Positions 27,579-38,291 of a stretch of 64,000 bases of DNA are shown here, piece by piece (position 1 is the stretch's first letter; the number at the start of each line of letters is the position of its first letter). This DNA is from Alphaproteobacteria bacterium (GTDB lineage Bacteria > Pseudomonadota > Alphaproteobacteria > RF32 > CAG-239). The position numbers were made by a program, and so were the translations under genes. The stretch spans positions 78,484-142,483 of the forward strand of contig JAZRHM010000013.1 of assembly GCA_045644765.1 (NCBI GenBank), in the 5' to 3' direction. The notes under the pieces are model-generated. The model saw nothing but the letters and a program-made list of their open reading frames with translations. It was not told the origin of the DNA and searched no databases.

Positions 27579-28835
27579 ATGCAACACCAACAAACAATTT
27601 TAGAAAACGGATTAAGAATAATTACGGCAGAACGTCCCCAAACCGAAACCGTATCTCTCGGCATTTGGGTAAAAACCGGAGCTGCCTACGAAACACAAGA
27701 AATGAACGGAATTTCTCATTTTGTTGAACATATGGTATTCAAAGGATCAAAAAAAAGAAATTCTATACAAATTTCAGAAGAAATTGAAAATGTTGGTGGG
27801 CAAAATAATGCCTATACATCCAGAGAATTTACAGCTTTTTATGCTAAAATGCTTAAAAATGATATGGAACTGGCTCTTGATGTTATTGCCGATTTTGTTT
27901 TGAATCCTACATTTCCCATTGAAGAAATGGAAAAAGAAAAGGAAGTTGTGGTCCAAGAAATTAAACAAGCAATTGATACTCCTGATGATGTTGTTTTTGA
28001 TTATTTTCAAGAAACCGCTTTTCCGAACCAACCTATAGGAAGAACCATTTTAGGACCAAAAGAAAATGTCCGCTCATTTAATCCGGATATATTGCATTCA
28101 TATATGAAAACCAATTATGCCGCTGATAACACAGTAGTTGTTGCAGTCGGAAATTTAAAACATGATACATTTGTTCAAATGGTAAAAGATAGAATGTCTG
28201 ATTATAGAGCAAAAACATCTTTTGATATTGCTCCGCAAATTTATAAAGGAGGTTTTTATAAAGAAAACCGCAAAATTGAGCAAACTCATGTATTACTTGG
28301 TTTTAATGGCATTGAATATAAAAATCCGTTATATTATCCCATAAGCATATTTTCCACAATTTTTGGTGGAGGTATGTCATCTCGATTGTTTCAAGAAATT
28401 CGTGAAAAAAGAGGATTGGTATACAGTGTATACTCTTATTGTTCATCACAAACTTCAAGCGGACTATTCGGTATTTATGCCGGAACCTCTGCCGATCAAC
28501 TGAACACCTTGATACCGGTCGTTGTTGATGAAATCAAAAAAGCAGTAAATGAAAAAGTCAGTGACAAAGAGCTAAACAGAGCAAAAGTTCAGCTTCAAGC
28601 CAGCATGCTTATGGCTCTTGAAAGTTCATCATCAACAGCTGAAGTAATTGCAAGACAAACTTTGCTTCATAACAGAGTTATACCCACAGATGAAATTGTT
28701 CAAAAAATAAACGATGTAACACGTGAAGATATACTAAACGCCGCACAAACTTTATTTTCTTCAAATCCGACATATACTTTACTTGGTGATTTAAAAATTT
28801 ATCCTGATTATGACATCTTAAAACAACATTTATAA
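27579..28835 (+). CDS. M16-family zinc peptidase, mitochondrial-processing-peptidase-like
   Basis: GISHFVEHMVFKG (HxxEH). 419 aa from MQHQQTILENGLRI. The track start at 27513 looks over-extended. Confidence 0.88.
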   Translation: MQHQQTILENGLRIITAERPQTETVSLGIWVKTGAAYETQEMNGISHFVEHMVFKGSKKRNSIQISEEIENVGGQNNAYTSREFTAFYAKMLKNDMELALDVIADFVLNPTFPIEEMEKEKEVVVQEIKQAIDTPDDVVFDYFQETAFPNQPIGRTILGPKENVRSFNPDILHSYMKTNYAADNTVVVAVGNLKHDTFVQMVKDRMSDYRAKTSFDIAPQIYKGGFYKENRKIEQTHVLLGFNGIEYKNPLYYPISIFSTIFGGGMSSRLFQEIREKRGLVYSVYSYCSSQTSSGLFGIYAGTSADQLNTLIPVVVDEIKKAVNEKVSDKELNRAKVQLQASMLMALESSSSTAEVIARQTLLHNRVIPTDEIVQKINDVTREDILNAAQTLFSSNPTYTLLGDLKIYPDYDILKQHL

Positions 28836-28854
28836 ACGTTGATAAAAAAAGGTT

Positions 28855-28883
28855 TTGACAATCATAAAATTTTAAAGTATATT
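28855..28883 (+). promoter_or_regulatory. Candidate sigma-70 promoter of the lipoprotein gene
   Basis: TTGACA-N17-TATATT. Confidence 0.45.
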
Positions 28884-28925
28884 CCGAGTAACACCCAATT
28901 ATTAACCAATTAATTTTTTTATCAC

Positions 28926-29429
28926 ATGAAAAGAAAAACTATTATTGTAATGATGCTTGCTGTTGCTTGCATTATGCTTGTTTCTTGCAAACAAAAGACT
29001 CAAGAAGTTCCCTATGTTGAACCAGTTTTGGAAAAAGATTTTTACGAGCCTGTCATTAAATGGGAGGTCGTAGATTACACTTCCACAACTTACAACTACT
29101 ACAACGCCCCATGCGATATTGCGGCTGATTGTGTAGAAATTGTCTACGATGACTATGATCCATATGCTTGTCCTGTTGAGATTGAGTATATTTATCAAAA
29201 CGGCGATACATATACCTATATCCTTGAAGATTTCGGTATTTGGAAAAATTCTGAAGGCTCATACAGAATTATCGTGGATGATGATTGTACCGTTTGGGTT
29301 CAGGGACAAAATACTACCGGTAAATTTTATGAGTTCGTATTTTATGGCGACCCAAAATATAACGGGATGAAGATTCTGCCAAACTCATATCGTAATTTAC
29401 CCGCAGGAGAGATTAAATATAGGAAATAA
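28926..29429 (+). CDS. Lipoprotein, unknown function (167 aa; Tyr/Asp-rich, 6 Cys)
   Basis: Lipobox MLVSC after a signal peptide; terminator 29447-29488. Confidence 0.65.
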   Translation: MKRKTIIVMMLAVACIMLVSCKQKTQEVPYVEPVLEKDFYEPVIKWEVVDYTSTTYNYYNAPCDIAADCVEIVYDDYDPYACPVEIEYIYQNGDTYTYILEDFGIWKNSEGSYRIIVDDDCTVWVQGQNTTGKFYEFVFYGDPKYNGMKILPNSYRNLPAGEIKYRK

Positions 29430-29446
29430 ACTATCTCTACTTTTTT

Positions 29447-29488
29447 AAAAAAAGAACTCTTAAAGAACAATCTTTAAGAGTTTTTTTT
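29447..29488. terminator. Bidirectional terminator between convergent orphan genes
   Basis: aaaaaaagaactcttaaag-aacaa-tctttaagagtttttttt. Confidence 0.8.
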
Positions 29489-29504
29489 AAATCATTTCAC
29501 GATA

Positions 29505-30182
29505 CTACTTTTTTGCAAATAATTTCCAAAAAATAGGTGTGGTCCATGCATCGTTCTTGTAGATTTTTTTACATTTCTTACCTTTCATGGTAAACTCTAT
29601 GGTCATATACTTATCTGTATATACCTTAACGTTTTCCACGTCAGAATAATTAACAAGGTTCCATTCCTGCAAATAAAGCGTCTTTTCTTCATTGTTATAA
29701 AACGCATTTGTTGCTATTTCTTCTCCACAGTAAGTCAGTTCTAATTCGTGAAGGAGGTAGCGTTTGTTGCCTTTGTAGAGTAAAAAATCCTTTTCGAGAA
29801 TAGAGTAGCCTAAATCCCAATAACCATTATAGAGCACCTGATATTCATCAAAAATTTCATCTACGAAGTATATGTTATCTTCTGCCAAACAATAAATAAG
29901 AATTTGTTCTCTCTCATTTTTTAGCACAACATATTCTTCAGAAGCACCAAAACCTAAAAAAGTTTCACCGCAATACTTTTTTACACTGATACCGATTTGT
30001 GCCAGATATTCCTCGTTGAACTCTAATGAAATTTCATCATCATTATCAACATACTTTGAGAAAATTGCACCAAGGATATCCTCATCATTATCTTCAAAAA
30101 AAGCCATAGACTTTTTTGACAACATCTTTAGTCCGCCTCGCGCAACCAAAGAAGCATAATTCAGTTTTTCAACATTCACCAT
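29505..30182 (-). CDS. Hypothetical cytoplasmic protein (225 aa), acidic, no family recognised
   Basis: Clean ORF between terminators; no signal peptide. Confidence 0.5.
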   Translation of the reverse strand: MVNVEKLNYASLVARGGLKMLSKKSMAFFEDNDEDILGAIFSKYVDNDDEISLEFNEEYLAQIGISVKKYCGETFLGFGASEEYVVLKNEREQILIYCLAEDNIYFVDEIFDEYQVLYNGYWDLGYSILEKDFLLYKGNKRYLLHELELTYCGEEIATNAFYNNEEKTLYLQEWNLVNYSDVENVKVYTDKYMTIEFTMKGKKCKKIYKNDAWTTPIFWKLFAKK

Positions 30183-30242
30183 AATACATTAATTTTTAAG
30201 ATTGTAGTCACATGGTAGCACTCGACAAAATATTTGTCAAGT

Positions 30243-30271
30243 AAAAAAAACACCCATATGGGTGTTTTTTT
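30243..30271 (-). terminator. Intrinsic terminator after fabF
   Basis: aaaaaaaacaccca-ta-tgggtgttttttt. Confidence 0.85.
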
Positions 30272-30291
30272 ATAAAGGCTAATCAAAACAA

Positions 30292-31560
30292 TTATTCTTC
30301 ATATTTTTTCAAAATGATAGAAGAGTTAGTTCCTCCGAAACCGAAAGAGTTTGACATAGCTGCCTTTATTTCTTTTTTCTTCGGTTTTAATGGCACTAAA
30401 TCAATATCTGCAACTTCATCTTCAACATTTTCCAAGTTTAATGTCGGAGGACAAATTTGATCTCTTATTGCAAGTGCTGTATAAACAGCTTCAACAGCAC
30501 CTGCTGCGCCTAATAAGTGACCGATAGCAGACTTTGTAGAAGACATTGAAACAGTTTTCATATCTTCACCAAACAAGCGTTTAACTGCTTTAGCTTCACC
30601 TACGTCACCAGCAGGGGTTGATGTTCCGTGTGCATTAATATAGTTAATATCTTTTAATTCTACGCCATGTTCTTTTGCGTGATCCGTAGCCATTTTCATA
30701 GCTCTGTATGCTCCATCACCTGATGGTGCCGTAATGTGATAAGCATCACCACTCATACCATAACCTACAACTTCGGCATAAATTTTTGCACCACGTGCTT
30801 TTGCATGTTCAAGTTCTTCTAACACAACAGCACCGGCACCCTCACCCATAACAAAACCACTTCTGTTTTTATCCCAAGGACGAGATGCTTTCTCCGGAGC
30901 ATCATTAAATTCTGCCGTAATAGCTTTCATACGTGCAAAGCCTGCCAAACCTAAGACATTAACGGCAGCTTCTGCGCCACCGGCTACCATAGCATCGGCA
31001 TCACCCATAGCAATCATTTTTGCAGCATCACCTATAGCATGTGTTCCTGTTGAACAAGCTGTAACACACGCATGGTTTGGTCCTTTAAGACCAAACATAA
31101 TAGATAAGTTTCCGGAAATCAGGTTAATTAAGCAAGATGGAATAAAAAATGGAGAAATACGTTTTATACCGGACTCATTAAAAGATAAAGCATTTTCATA
31201 AATTGCATTCAATCCGCCAATTCCTGCACCCATCATAACGCCAAAACGAAATTGCTCTTCTTCTGTCTGAGGAATATATCCGCTATCTTTAACAGCATCT
31301 ATACCTGCTGCTAAACCAAACAATATAAACTTGTCATTTTTCTTTTGATCTTTAGGAGGTAAAACATCATCAGGATTAAACTGTCCTTCTCCAGTACCGT
31401 AAGGAACTCGACCCGCAATTTGAACCGGAATATCTTTCAAATCAATATCCGTAATTTTTACCACTCCGGATTCTGAATTTAATAAACGTTTCCAGTTGTG
31501 TTCTACACCACGTCCTAAAGGGGATACAACACCCAACCCGGTAATTACAACTCTTCTCAT
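30292..31560 (-). CDS. fabF: Beta-ketoacyl-ACP synthase II
   Basis: Active-site ACSTG Cys, HGTSTPAGD, NSFGFGGTNSSII. 422 aa, downstream of acpP. Confidence 0.93.
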   Translation of the reverse strand: MRRVVITGLGVVSPLGRGVEHNWKRLLNSESGVVKITDIDLKDIPVQIAGRVPYGTGEGQFNPDDVLPPKDQKKNDKFILFGLAAGIDAVKDSGYIPQTEEEQFRFGVMMGAGIGGLNAIYENALSFNESGIKRISPFFIPSCLINLISGNLSIMFGLKGPNHACVTACSTGTHAIGDAAKMIAMGDADAMVAGGAEAAVNVLGLAGFARMKAITAEFNDAPEKASRPWDKNRSGFVMGEGAGAVVLEELEHAKARGAKIYAEVVGYGMSGDAYHITAPSGDGAYRAMKMATDHAKEHGVELKDINYINAHGTSTPAGDVGEAKAVKRLFGEDMKTVSMSSTKSAIGHLLGAAGAVEAVYTALAIRDQICPPTLNLENVEDEVADIDLVPLKPKKKEIKAAMSNSFGFGGTNSSIILKKYEE

Positions 31561-31604
31561 AAAATAAACCTCTTTTTTTTACTTTGTTATATTCTTTGAT
31601 ATGA

Positions 31605-31632
31605 AAAAACTCGCCTGATAGCAGCGAGTTCT
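31605..31632 (-). terminator. acpP-fabF intergenic hairpin/attenuating terminator
   Basis: Minus strand: aactcgc-ugcuaucag-gcgaguuuuuu. Confidence 0.7.
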
Positions 31633-31656
31633 TAAACTTACTTTAAGCCACAAGAC

Positions 31657-31890
31657 TTACGCATTCTTTGAAAGATAGTCAATAGCATCTTTAACTGTAA
31701 GAATTTTTTCAGCAGCATCATCAGGAATTTCGCAACCGAATTCTTCTTCAAATGCCATAACCAATTCAACAGTATCCAAGCTGTCAGCACCTAAATCGTC
31801 AATGAAGCTAGCGCTTTCAGTAACTTTAGATTCTTCAACACCTAAGTGTTCAGCAACAATCTTTTTAACGCGATTAGCGGTATCAGTCAT
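31657..31890 (-). CDS. acpP: Acyl carrier protein (78 aa from [12 protein letters not shown]...)
   Basis: [21 protein letters not shown] phosphopantetheine-Ser motif. The track ORF is over-extended to 31959. Confidence 0.93.
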   Translation of the reverse strand: MTDTANRVKKIVAEHLGVEESKVTESASFIDDLGADSLDTVELVMAFEEEFGCEIPDDAAEKILTVKDAIDYLSKNA

Positions 31891-32142
31891 GTATTTAACC
31901 TCAATAAATATTAAAACAAAATTCAGACTAACAATTAGTCTTGATTGAGTTGTTAGCATACAATTATATCATTTGACAAGCTTTTTTTTCATTTTACCTG
32001 CAAAAAAATTACACATTCCAACCTAAATAATTGATATTTATACATTTTACTTTGAAACAAATTGTCATAAATAGTGCATAAAACCCTTGTTTTTTTTATT
32101 TTCAATAATACATAACAACAAAATTAACCAAAAGGAGTTAAC

Positions 32143-33066
32143 ATGAAAATAGGAATTATCGGTGCCGGAAATGTCGGAAGTGCCACAGCTTTTGCCTTGG
32201 TATTAAGAGGAATAGCAAGAGAAGTTATACTAATTGATGTTGATGAAAAAAAAGCAATTGCCGAAGCCATAGATATATCTCATGCCACAACTTTTGCATA
32301 TGCAAGTGTTGTCAGGGCCGGTACATATAGCGATTTAACCTGTGCAGATGTCGTAATTATTTCAGCCGGAGCAAATCAAAAAAAAGGTGAAACTCGAATT
32401 GCTCTCATGGAAAGAAATGTTGAAATTTTAAGATCTATCATTTGCCAAATTGTACATTATGCTCCGGAAACCATAATTTTAGTTGCATCTAATCCGGTTG
32501 ATATTATGACTTATTATTCATTAAAAATATCAGGTTTACCGACTCATAAAGTTTTCGGCAGCGGGACAATTCTTGATACGTCTCGTTTTAGAACCTTACT
32601 TGGTGAACACATGGGAGTTTCTTCAAAATCTATCCATGCTAACGTATTGGGAGAACATGGCGACAGTGAGGTACTTGTATGGTCAAACGCCGATGCCGGC
32701 ACTATGCCCTTAGAAACTCTCAGCAAAGAATTAAATCGAGAATTTGACTGGGAAGTAAAGGCCTATATTGACGACAACGTCAGAAATGCTGCATATAAAA
32801 TCATTGAAGGTAAAGGTGCTACTTTTTACGGTATAGCTGGTGGTCTAAGTCGAATCTGCCAAGCCATAAGCACCAACGAAAATGCAATTTTAACAGTATC
32901 TTCTCTTCATGAAGAAATAGAAGGTATAAATAATGTTTGTTTGTCTCTTCCTTCAATTATCAATAAAAACGGTATCGAAAAAGTAATTTATCCTAAACTC
33001 ACGCCGGAAGAACACATCTTATTAAAATCCAGTGCCGAAAAACTGAAAGAATATATGTCATTTTAA
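32143..33066 (+). CDS. ldh: L-lactate dehydrogenase (LDH/MDH superfamily; Gln at the specificity position suggests LDH)
   Basis: IIGAGNVGSA Rossmann motif, SAGANQKKGETR (Q, not R), GEHGDSEV, SNPVDIMT. SD AAAGGAG. Confidence 0.8.
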   Translation: MKIGIIGAGNVGSATAFALVLRGIAREVILIDVDEKKAIAEAIDISHATTFAYASVVRAGTYSDLTCADVVIISAGANQKKGETRIALMERNVEILRSIICQIVHYAPETIILVASNPVDIMTYYSLKISGLPTHKVFGSGTILDTSRFRTLLGEHMGVSSKSIHANVLGEHGDSEVLVWSNADAGTMPLETLSKELNREFDWEVKAYIDDNVRNAAYKIIEGKGATFYGIAGGLSRICQAISTNENAILTVSSLHEEIEGINNVCLSLPSIINKNGIEKVIYPKLTPEEHILLKSSAEKLKEYMSF

Positions 33067-33098
33067 TTATTATGTTATCTTAATTACATTCCCGTATT

Positions 33099-33131
33099 AC
33101 AAAAGAGCGATTCTTATTCTCGCTCTTTTGT
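33099..33131. terminator. Terminator after ldh, overlapping the 3' end of the convergent orphan gene
   Basis: acaaaagagcg-attcttattct-cgctcttttgt followed by a T-rich run. Confidence 0.7.
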
Positions 33132-33854
33132 ATTTTTTGTAACATAATTCATACTCTGAACTGTAGCAAACACATCATTGGCAATATCCGGAAAATGTCT
33201 TTGTGCCATGATTTTCATTTTTTCCATACTTTCTCCTTGTCGTGAAAAAGCATGAACCAACTTATTTAGTATAATCTTATGCTGTTCATGTTTAGTAAAA
33301 TGATAATAAGAGCCGCCATTAAATAAAACTATTGCGGCTTCGCCAAAAGCATATTCTTGATGCTTTGGCTTGTTTACCTTGCATAAATCTATAAAAGAAA
33401 TTTCTTCCGGTGTATAAAAAAAGTTAGAAGATTTAGATGGGTCTATTTGTAAGCCACTCTTACATATTGCCATCCAATCTGATGCAAATTTATCAAAAAA
33501 TCTCTGTGGTTTATCAGATAAATCTTTAATCTTAGAGTAATATTCATTTGAAGATTGACGAGAAAAAGATGTTTTATAAAGTTCTGTACCTTTTGCTTTT
33601 TGTTGCAACACAAAGCCTAAAAAGAATGAATTAGGAATATCTCTAACTTTTTTATATTCAAGCGTAGGAACTACAGCAACTCCCTTTGAGTTTAATTCCT
33701 TTGACTTTTCAATTACAAATTTTATATCAGATTCATAAAAAGCACCTTTAAGCAACGCATAATCATCAAAAAAATAGCAATGGTGAGTACTACCTTGTCT
33801 ATCAGCATGCTCTTTTTGTGATATTTGCGATATGTATGTATCAATAAGCGTCAT
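33114..33854 (-). CDS. Orphan protein (246 aa) with a motif pattern reminiscent of a minimal kinase/phosphotransferase fold
   Basis: Strong SD GGAGG. Ordered motifs: RQGSTHH (Gly-loop-like), YALLKG (beta3 Lys-like), LQIDPSKSSNFFY (catalytic-loop D...N-like), ISFIDL (DFG-like). Confidence 0.6.
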   Translation of the reverse strand: MTLIDTYISQISQKEHADRQGSTHHCYFFDDYALLKGAFYESDIKFVIEKSKELNSKGVAVVPTLEYKKVRDIPNSFFLGFVLQQKAKGTELYKTSFSRQSSNEYYSKIKDLSDKPQRFFDKFASDWMAICKSGLQIDPSKSSNFFYTPEEISFIDLCKVNKPKHQEYAFGEAAIVLFNGGSYYHFTKHEQHKIILNKLVHAFSRQGESMEKMKIMAQRHFPDIANDVFATVQSMNYVTKNTKERE

Positions 33855-33906
33855 ATTTCCTCCAATTCTTTGATTATAGTAATATATTTTATACAGAACG
33901 TCAAAT

Positions 33907-33950
33907 AAAAAAAGCGAGAAGTTTTACCTCTCGCTTTTTTTTCCATTTTT
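33907..33950 (-). terminator. Intrinsic terminator after the 145-aa orphan gene
   Basis: Minus strand: aaaaaaaagcgagag-guaaaacuu-cucgcuuuuuuu. Confidence 0.8.
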
Positions 33951-33959
33951 TCAAGCAAT

Positions 33960-34397
33960 TTACTCCGGAAGTTGCATCAGATTAAAATTCTCATCTAAAA
34001 TGATTGTTCTTTTATCATAAGGCTGATAATTTCCCAACACCGTTTTTACAACATACTTCCAACCATTGAGTTGCATATTGGAAAGGAGTACATTTTCACC
34101 CAATTTGGCTACTTCTTCATAATTAAGAACCTTTTTAGCAACCAAATATACTTTTGGATTTCTTTTGTTTTTTTGAGTATCATCATCTTCTTGCCAATAA
34201 CGCTTGTTATTGTATACGATGTAATTTTCAGAAGTAAAATAGAAACCGTAAAAACGACGTTTTTTGAACATTGTTTTTGCTTTTTCAATACCTTCTTTCA
34301 CGTTTTTTACAACAAAAGATTCAGTTTCAGGCATAAAACTTCCCGGATACATCAGATTCAATCTGATTTCTCTACGTTTTACAATAGTAGTGATCAT
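33960..34397 (-). CDS. Hypothetical protein (145 aa), basic, no family recognised
   Basis: ORF bounded by terminators on both sides. No obvious SD, so the start is uncertain. Confidence 0.45.
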   Translation of the reverse strand: MITTIVKRREIRLNLMYPGSFMPETESFVVKNVKEGIEKAKTMFKKRRFYGFYFTSENYIVYNNKRYWQEDDDTQKNKRNPKVYLVAKKVLNYEEVAKLGENVLLSNMQLNGWKYVVKTVLGNYQPYDKRTIILDENFNLMQLPE

Positions 34398-34474
34398 AAG
34401 ATTAAAAATTTAATAGTTAAACTTAATAAGTGATATGTGAGGCGAATGTAACACTTTAAAAAAATTCTGTCAAT

Positions 34475-34501
34475 AAAAAACTCCCATAACGGGAGTTTTT
34501 T
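34475..34501 (-). terminator. Intrinsic terminator after gltX
   Basis: aaaaaactccc-ataac-gggagtttttt. Confidence 0.85.
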
Positions 34502-34504
34502 GGC

Positions 34505-35935
34505 TTAAAGCTTTTCAATAGCATTTCGTATTCGGCTTAATGTTTCTTGTTTACCCAAGATTACAGCTAATTCCGTTGCCCCACCTGGTGTTGTTTCTTT
34601 TCCGGATAAAGCAATTCGCACCGGATATAAAATTTGTCCGTTTTTAAGGCCATTATTTTCAGCTACTGCTTTTAAAACATCAAACAGATTTTCATTTGTC
34701 CATACATCTGTTTTTTCCATGGCCTCTAAAGCCAATGCAAGAGATGATTTTGCAATTTGTTCATCTGTTTTCATCTTTTTATTTTGATATAACACATTGT
34801 CATATTCAGCTACATTTTCAACAAAATCAATTTGAGGACAAATTTCAGCCAATGTTTCAACTCGTTTTTGTAACACCGAACTTAAAAATTCCAAATTTAC
34901 ATCTCGTGTTAAACATTTTTGATAATATGGCATTGCTAGCTCATGAAAATCGGCTTGAGACAAGTTACGAATATAACAACCGTTCATCCATGTAAGTTTT
35001 GTAACATCAAAAATTGCCGGAGATTTATTTAATCTTTCTGCAGTAAATACCTCTTTTAATTCGTCAAGAGAAAATATTTCCTGATCGGTTCCCGGGTTCC
35101 ACCCTAAAAGAGCTATGTAATTTAAAATTGCATCAGGCAAATATCCTTTTGCAACCAAATCTTGGAAAGAAGCATCGCCGTTTCTCTTACTCAATTTGTG
35201 TTGAGCATCTTTCATAACTTGCGGAACATGAACATATACAGGAGGTGTCCATCCAAAATCTTCATAAATCAGATTATATTTTGGGGTTGAAGAAATATAT
35301 TCGTTTCCACGTACCACATGTGTGATTTCCATCAAATGGTCATCAACCACATTTGCAAAATTATATGTAGGGAAACCATCTGATTTTAACAAAACACCTT
35401 CGTCTAATTCGTCATAATCTATTTCAATTTCGCCATAAACAACATCTTTGAAGATAGAAGTTCCTTTTTTATTGATAGTTTGACGAATCACATAAGGTTC
35501 ACCGTTGGCAATACGCTTTTTAGCTTCTTCCAAAGAAAGTTTCTTACACGGATCATCAAATTTTGTATTGGTTTGATCATCTTTTTGTTCATCAGCTTCA
35601 TCTGCTGAACAAAAACAATAATGAGCTCCACCAAGTTCAACCAATTTATGAGCATACTCGGCATATAACGGTTTACGTTCAGACTGTACATATGGTCCGA
35701 AGTTTCCGCCAATATCCGGCCCTTCATCCCAATTCATCCCGACCAATTTCAAAGTTGAGTATATAATATCCGTTGCACCATCAACATAACGTTTTTGGTC
35801 AGTATCTTCGATTCTTAAAATAAAATCACCACCATTTGCTTTTGCAATTAAATATTCGTACAAAGCTGTTCTTAAGTTACCGATATGCATATAACCGGTA
35901 GGACTTGGGGCAAATCTTGTTCTTATTTTCATCAT
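34505..35935 (-). CDS. gltX: Glutamyl-tRNA synthetase
   Basis: [20 protein letters not shown] (HIGH region) and KLSKRNG (KMSKS). Confidence 0.93.
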   Translation of the reverse strand: MMKIRTRFAPSPTGYMHIGNLRTALYEYLIAKANGGDFILRIEDTDQKRYVDGATDIIYSTLKLVGMNWDEGPDIGGNFGPYVQSERKPLYAEYAHKLVELGGAHYCFCSADEADEQKDDQTNTKFDDPCKKLSLEEAKKRIANGEPYVIRQTINKKGTSIFKDVVYGEIEIDYDELDEGVLLKSDGFPTYNFANVVDDHLMEITHVVRGNEYISSTPKYNLIYEDFGWTPPVYVHVPQVMKDAQHKLSKRNGDASFQDLVAKGYLPDAILNYIALLGWNPGTDQEIFSLDELKEVFTAERLNKSPAIFDVTKLTWMNGCYIRNLSQADFHELAMPYYQKCLTRDVNLEFLSSVLQKRVETLAEICPQIDFVENVAEYDNVLYQNKKMKTDEQIAKSSLALALEAMEKTDVWTNENLFDVLKAVAENNGLKNGQILYPVRIALSGKETTPGGATELAVILGKQETLSRIRNAIEKL

Positions 35936-36169
35936 TTCCTCACAAAAAATTTATCTTATGACAAGATAAAAGAAAATATTTACAATGCAAGAACTTTTTG
36001 CATATCTAACATCATACAACTTTTTTTTGTAAAAAAAACAATATTATGATTTAATTTTTAGTTTTTTTGTGTGTAACACCTTGACTTTTTATTTAATAAT
36101 AATTAAAAGATATGTGCTAGCAATTTTTAGGTTTTGAAAATAAACCTTTTTAAGATTTTAAGGAACGAC

Positions 36170-38248
36170 ATGTCTGAAAAACAAAATCATGACTTAACAG
36201 CGGGAACAAATGTAGATTCCCCATTAATTGACTCGCTTTCAAGCGCAGTTAAAAATCTCATAGAAAAAGGTAAAGAGCACGGTTATATTACCGTTGAAGA
36301 TTTGAACAAAGCTCTTCCTCCGGAAAAAGAATCTTCGGAACAAATTGAAGATATTATGTCAAGCATTTCTGATATGGGAATAAGCATTATTTCCGAATCA
36401 GAAGCTGACGGATATGAAAACGAGCCTAATGATGAAGAAGGCGAATATGCTGATGAAAGCGGAAACTTTGATGAAAAAGAATTAGGCCGCTCTGATGATC
36501 CTGTCAGAATGTATTTGAAAGAGATGGGAACAGTTGAGCTCCTATCAAGAGAAGGTGAAATTGCCATTGCAAAACGCATTGAAGCCGGCAAAACCGTTAT
36601 GATTAGTGGTTTATGCGAAAGTCCGATGACATTAAAAGCAATTGCTCTTTGGCGTGATGAACTTGTAAACGGCACCATGCAACTTCGTGATATAATTGAT
36701 CTTGAAATGATGTATGGCGATGATACCGAAGCAATGGTATATGACGACGAAGAAACCCAAGTTGATGATTTAGATAAGGTAACAAAAGAGTTAACCGAGA
36801 AAAACCTTGATGAAATTGACGATGATTTAGCTACAGACATCGAGCTTGGTGATACTGTCGATGAAGAAGATATAGACGATATGGAAGATAGCGAATCGGA
36901 AACAGACACTGATATAGACGGAGAAGAAGGTACTAAATCATCTGATGATGCTGACGATGAAGGAGCTATGGGACATAACTCAACTTCCATTTCAACAATG
37001 GAATCTGCTTTATTAGAGCCGGTTTTAGATATATTAACCAAAATATCCGGCTATTATGATGATTTGAAAAAGATTCAGTCACAACGTATGGCCGCTATCA
37101 TGTCAGGCCGAAAAGTTGCTTCAGGAGTTGAAAAGAAATATATAAAAGTTAAAAAAGAATTAGTTGAATTGATGAGCTCCATTCACCTTAATTCTCTCAG
37201 AGTTGAACAACTTGTTGAACAACTTAACGAATTAAACAAACGTCTTATGGGAATGGAAGGAAAACTTTTACGTTATGCTACATCTTGCAAAATTAAACGT
37301 GAAGAGTTTTTAGCAAGCTACCAAAAATCTGAATTAGATCCAAGTTGGCTTGAGGAAATTTCTAAAATAAAAGATAAACACTGGCAAATTTTTGTTGATC
37401 GCTATGGTAAAGAAATTACAGAATTAAGAGACGGAATTGCTCAAATGTCTCAAGAATGTGGTTTACCGATAAGTGAATATCGCAAGATGGTTGATACAAT
37501 AAAACGTGGGGAAAGAGAATCCGAACGGGCTAAAAAAGAAATGATTGAGGCTAACTTGCGTTTGGTTATATCTATTGCCAAGAAATATACCAATCGCGGT
37601 ATGCAATTTTTAGATTTAATTCAAGAAGGAAATATCGGTTTGATGAAAGCCGTTGATAAATTTGAATACAGAAGAGGTTACAAATTTTCAACCTATGCAA
37701 CATGGTGGATTAGACAAGCCATCACTCGTTCCATTGCCGACCAAGCCAGAACCATTCGCATACCGGTACATATGATTGAAACAATTAACAAGCTTGTCAG
37801 AACTTCTCGTCAAATGTTAGCTGAAATGGGGCGTGAACCCGTACCGGAAGAGTTGGCAAAACGCTTATCAATGCCTTTGGAAAAAATTCGCAAAGTTATG
37901 AAAATTGCAAAAGAGCCGGTTAGCTTGGAAGCTCCGGTTGGCGATGAAGAAGATTCATCTTTGGGAGATTTTATTGCAGATGAGAGCGCTTTACAACCTC
38001 TTGATAGTGCAATTCATTCTAACTTAAAAGAAACCTGCAGCAAAATTTTATCTTCACTAACTCCTAGAGAAGAGCGTGTTTTACGCATGCGTTTCGGCAT
38101 TGATATGAGCACAGATCACACATTGGAAGAGGTTGGCCAACAATTTAACGTAACAAGAGAGCGTATTCGTCAGATTGAAGCAAAAGCTTTAAGAAAACTA
38201 AAACACCCGAGTCGTTCAAGAAGATTGCGCTCATTTTTGGATCAATAA
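36170..38248 (+). CDS. rpoD: RNA polymerase primary sigma factor RpoD, with a long acidic spacer between regions 1 and 2
   Basis: Regions 2-4 are conserved ([41 protein letters not shown]; [20 protein letters not shown]). ATG at 36170 is preceded by AAGGA. The track start at 36134 is a TTG extension. Confidence 0.93.
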   Translation: MSEKQNHDLTAGTNVDSPLIDSLSSAVKNLIEKGKEHGYITVEDLNKALPPEKESSEQIEDIMSSISDMGISIISESEADGYENEPNDEEGEYADESGNFDEKELGRSDDPVRMYLKEMGTVELLSREGEIAIAKRIEAGKTVMISGLCESPMTLKAIALWRDELVNGTMQLRDIIDLEMMYGDDTEAMVYDDEETQVDDLDKVTKELTEKNLDEIDDDLATDIELGDTVDEEDIDDMEDSESETDTDIDGEEGTKSSDDADDEGAMGHNSTSISTMESALLEPVLDILTKISGYYDDLKKIQSQRMAAIMSGRKVASGVEKKYIKVKKELVELMSSIHLNSLRVEQLVEQLNELNKRLMGMEGKLLRYATSCKIKREEFLASYQKSELDPSWLEEISKIKDKHWQIFVDRYGKEITELRDGIAQMSQECGLPISEYRKMVDTIKRGERESERAKKEMIEANLRLVISIAKKYTNRGMQFLDLIQEGNIGLMKAVDKFEYRRGYKFSTYATWWIRQAITRSIADQARTIRIPVHMIETINKLVRTSRQMLAEMGREPVPEELAKRLSMPLEKIRKVMKIAKEPVSLEAPVGDEEDSSLGDFIADESALQPLDSAIHSNLKETCSKILSSLTPREERVLRMRFGIDMSTDHTLEEVGQQFNVTRERIRQIEAKALRKLKHPSRSRRLRSFLDQ

Positions 38249-38251
38249 ATC

Positions 38252-38277
38252 AAAGCCCCTTTTCGGGGCTTATTTTG
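38252..38277 (+). terminator. Intrinsic terminator after rpoD
   Basis: aaagcccc-ttttc-ggggctt-attttg. Confidence 0.8.
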
Positions 38278-38291
38278 TAGAGGATAACACA

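Noticed and set aside
35936-36169. Looked for T-box or other leader structures upstream of gltX, and palindromes (ttatcttatgacaagataa) in the gltX/rpoD divergent region
   Set aside because: There is no specifier-loop or T-box consensus. T-boxes are not expected in Proteobacteria. The short AT-rich palindrome is within chance expectation for this composition.
36283-37041. 252-aa minus-strand Ser-rich ORF
   Set aside because: It is antisense to the acidic GAW-repeat spacer of rpoD. Its low-complexity Ser-rich translation is the mirror image of the Asp/Glu codons.
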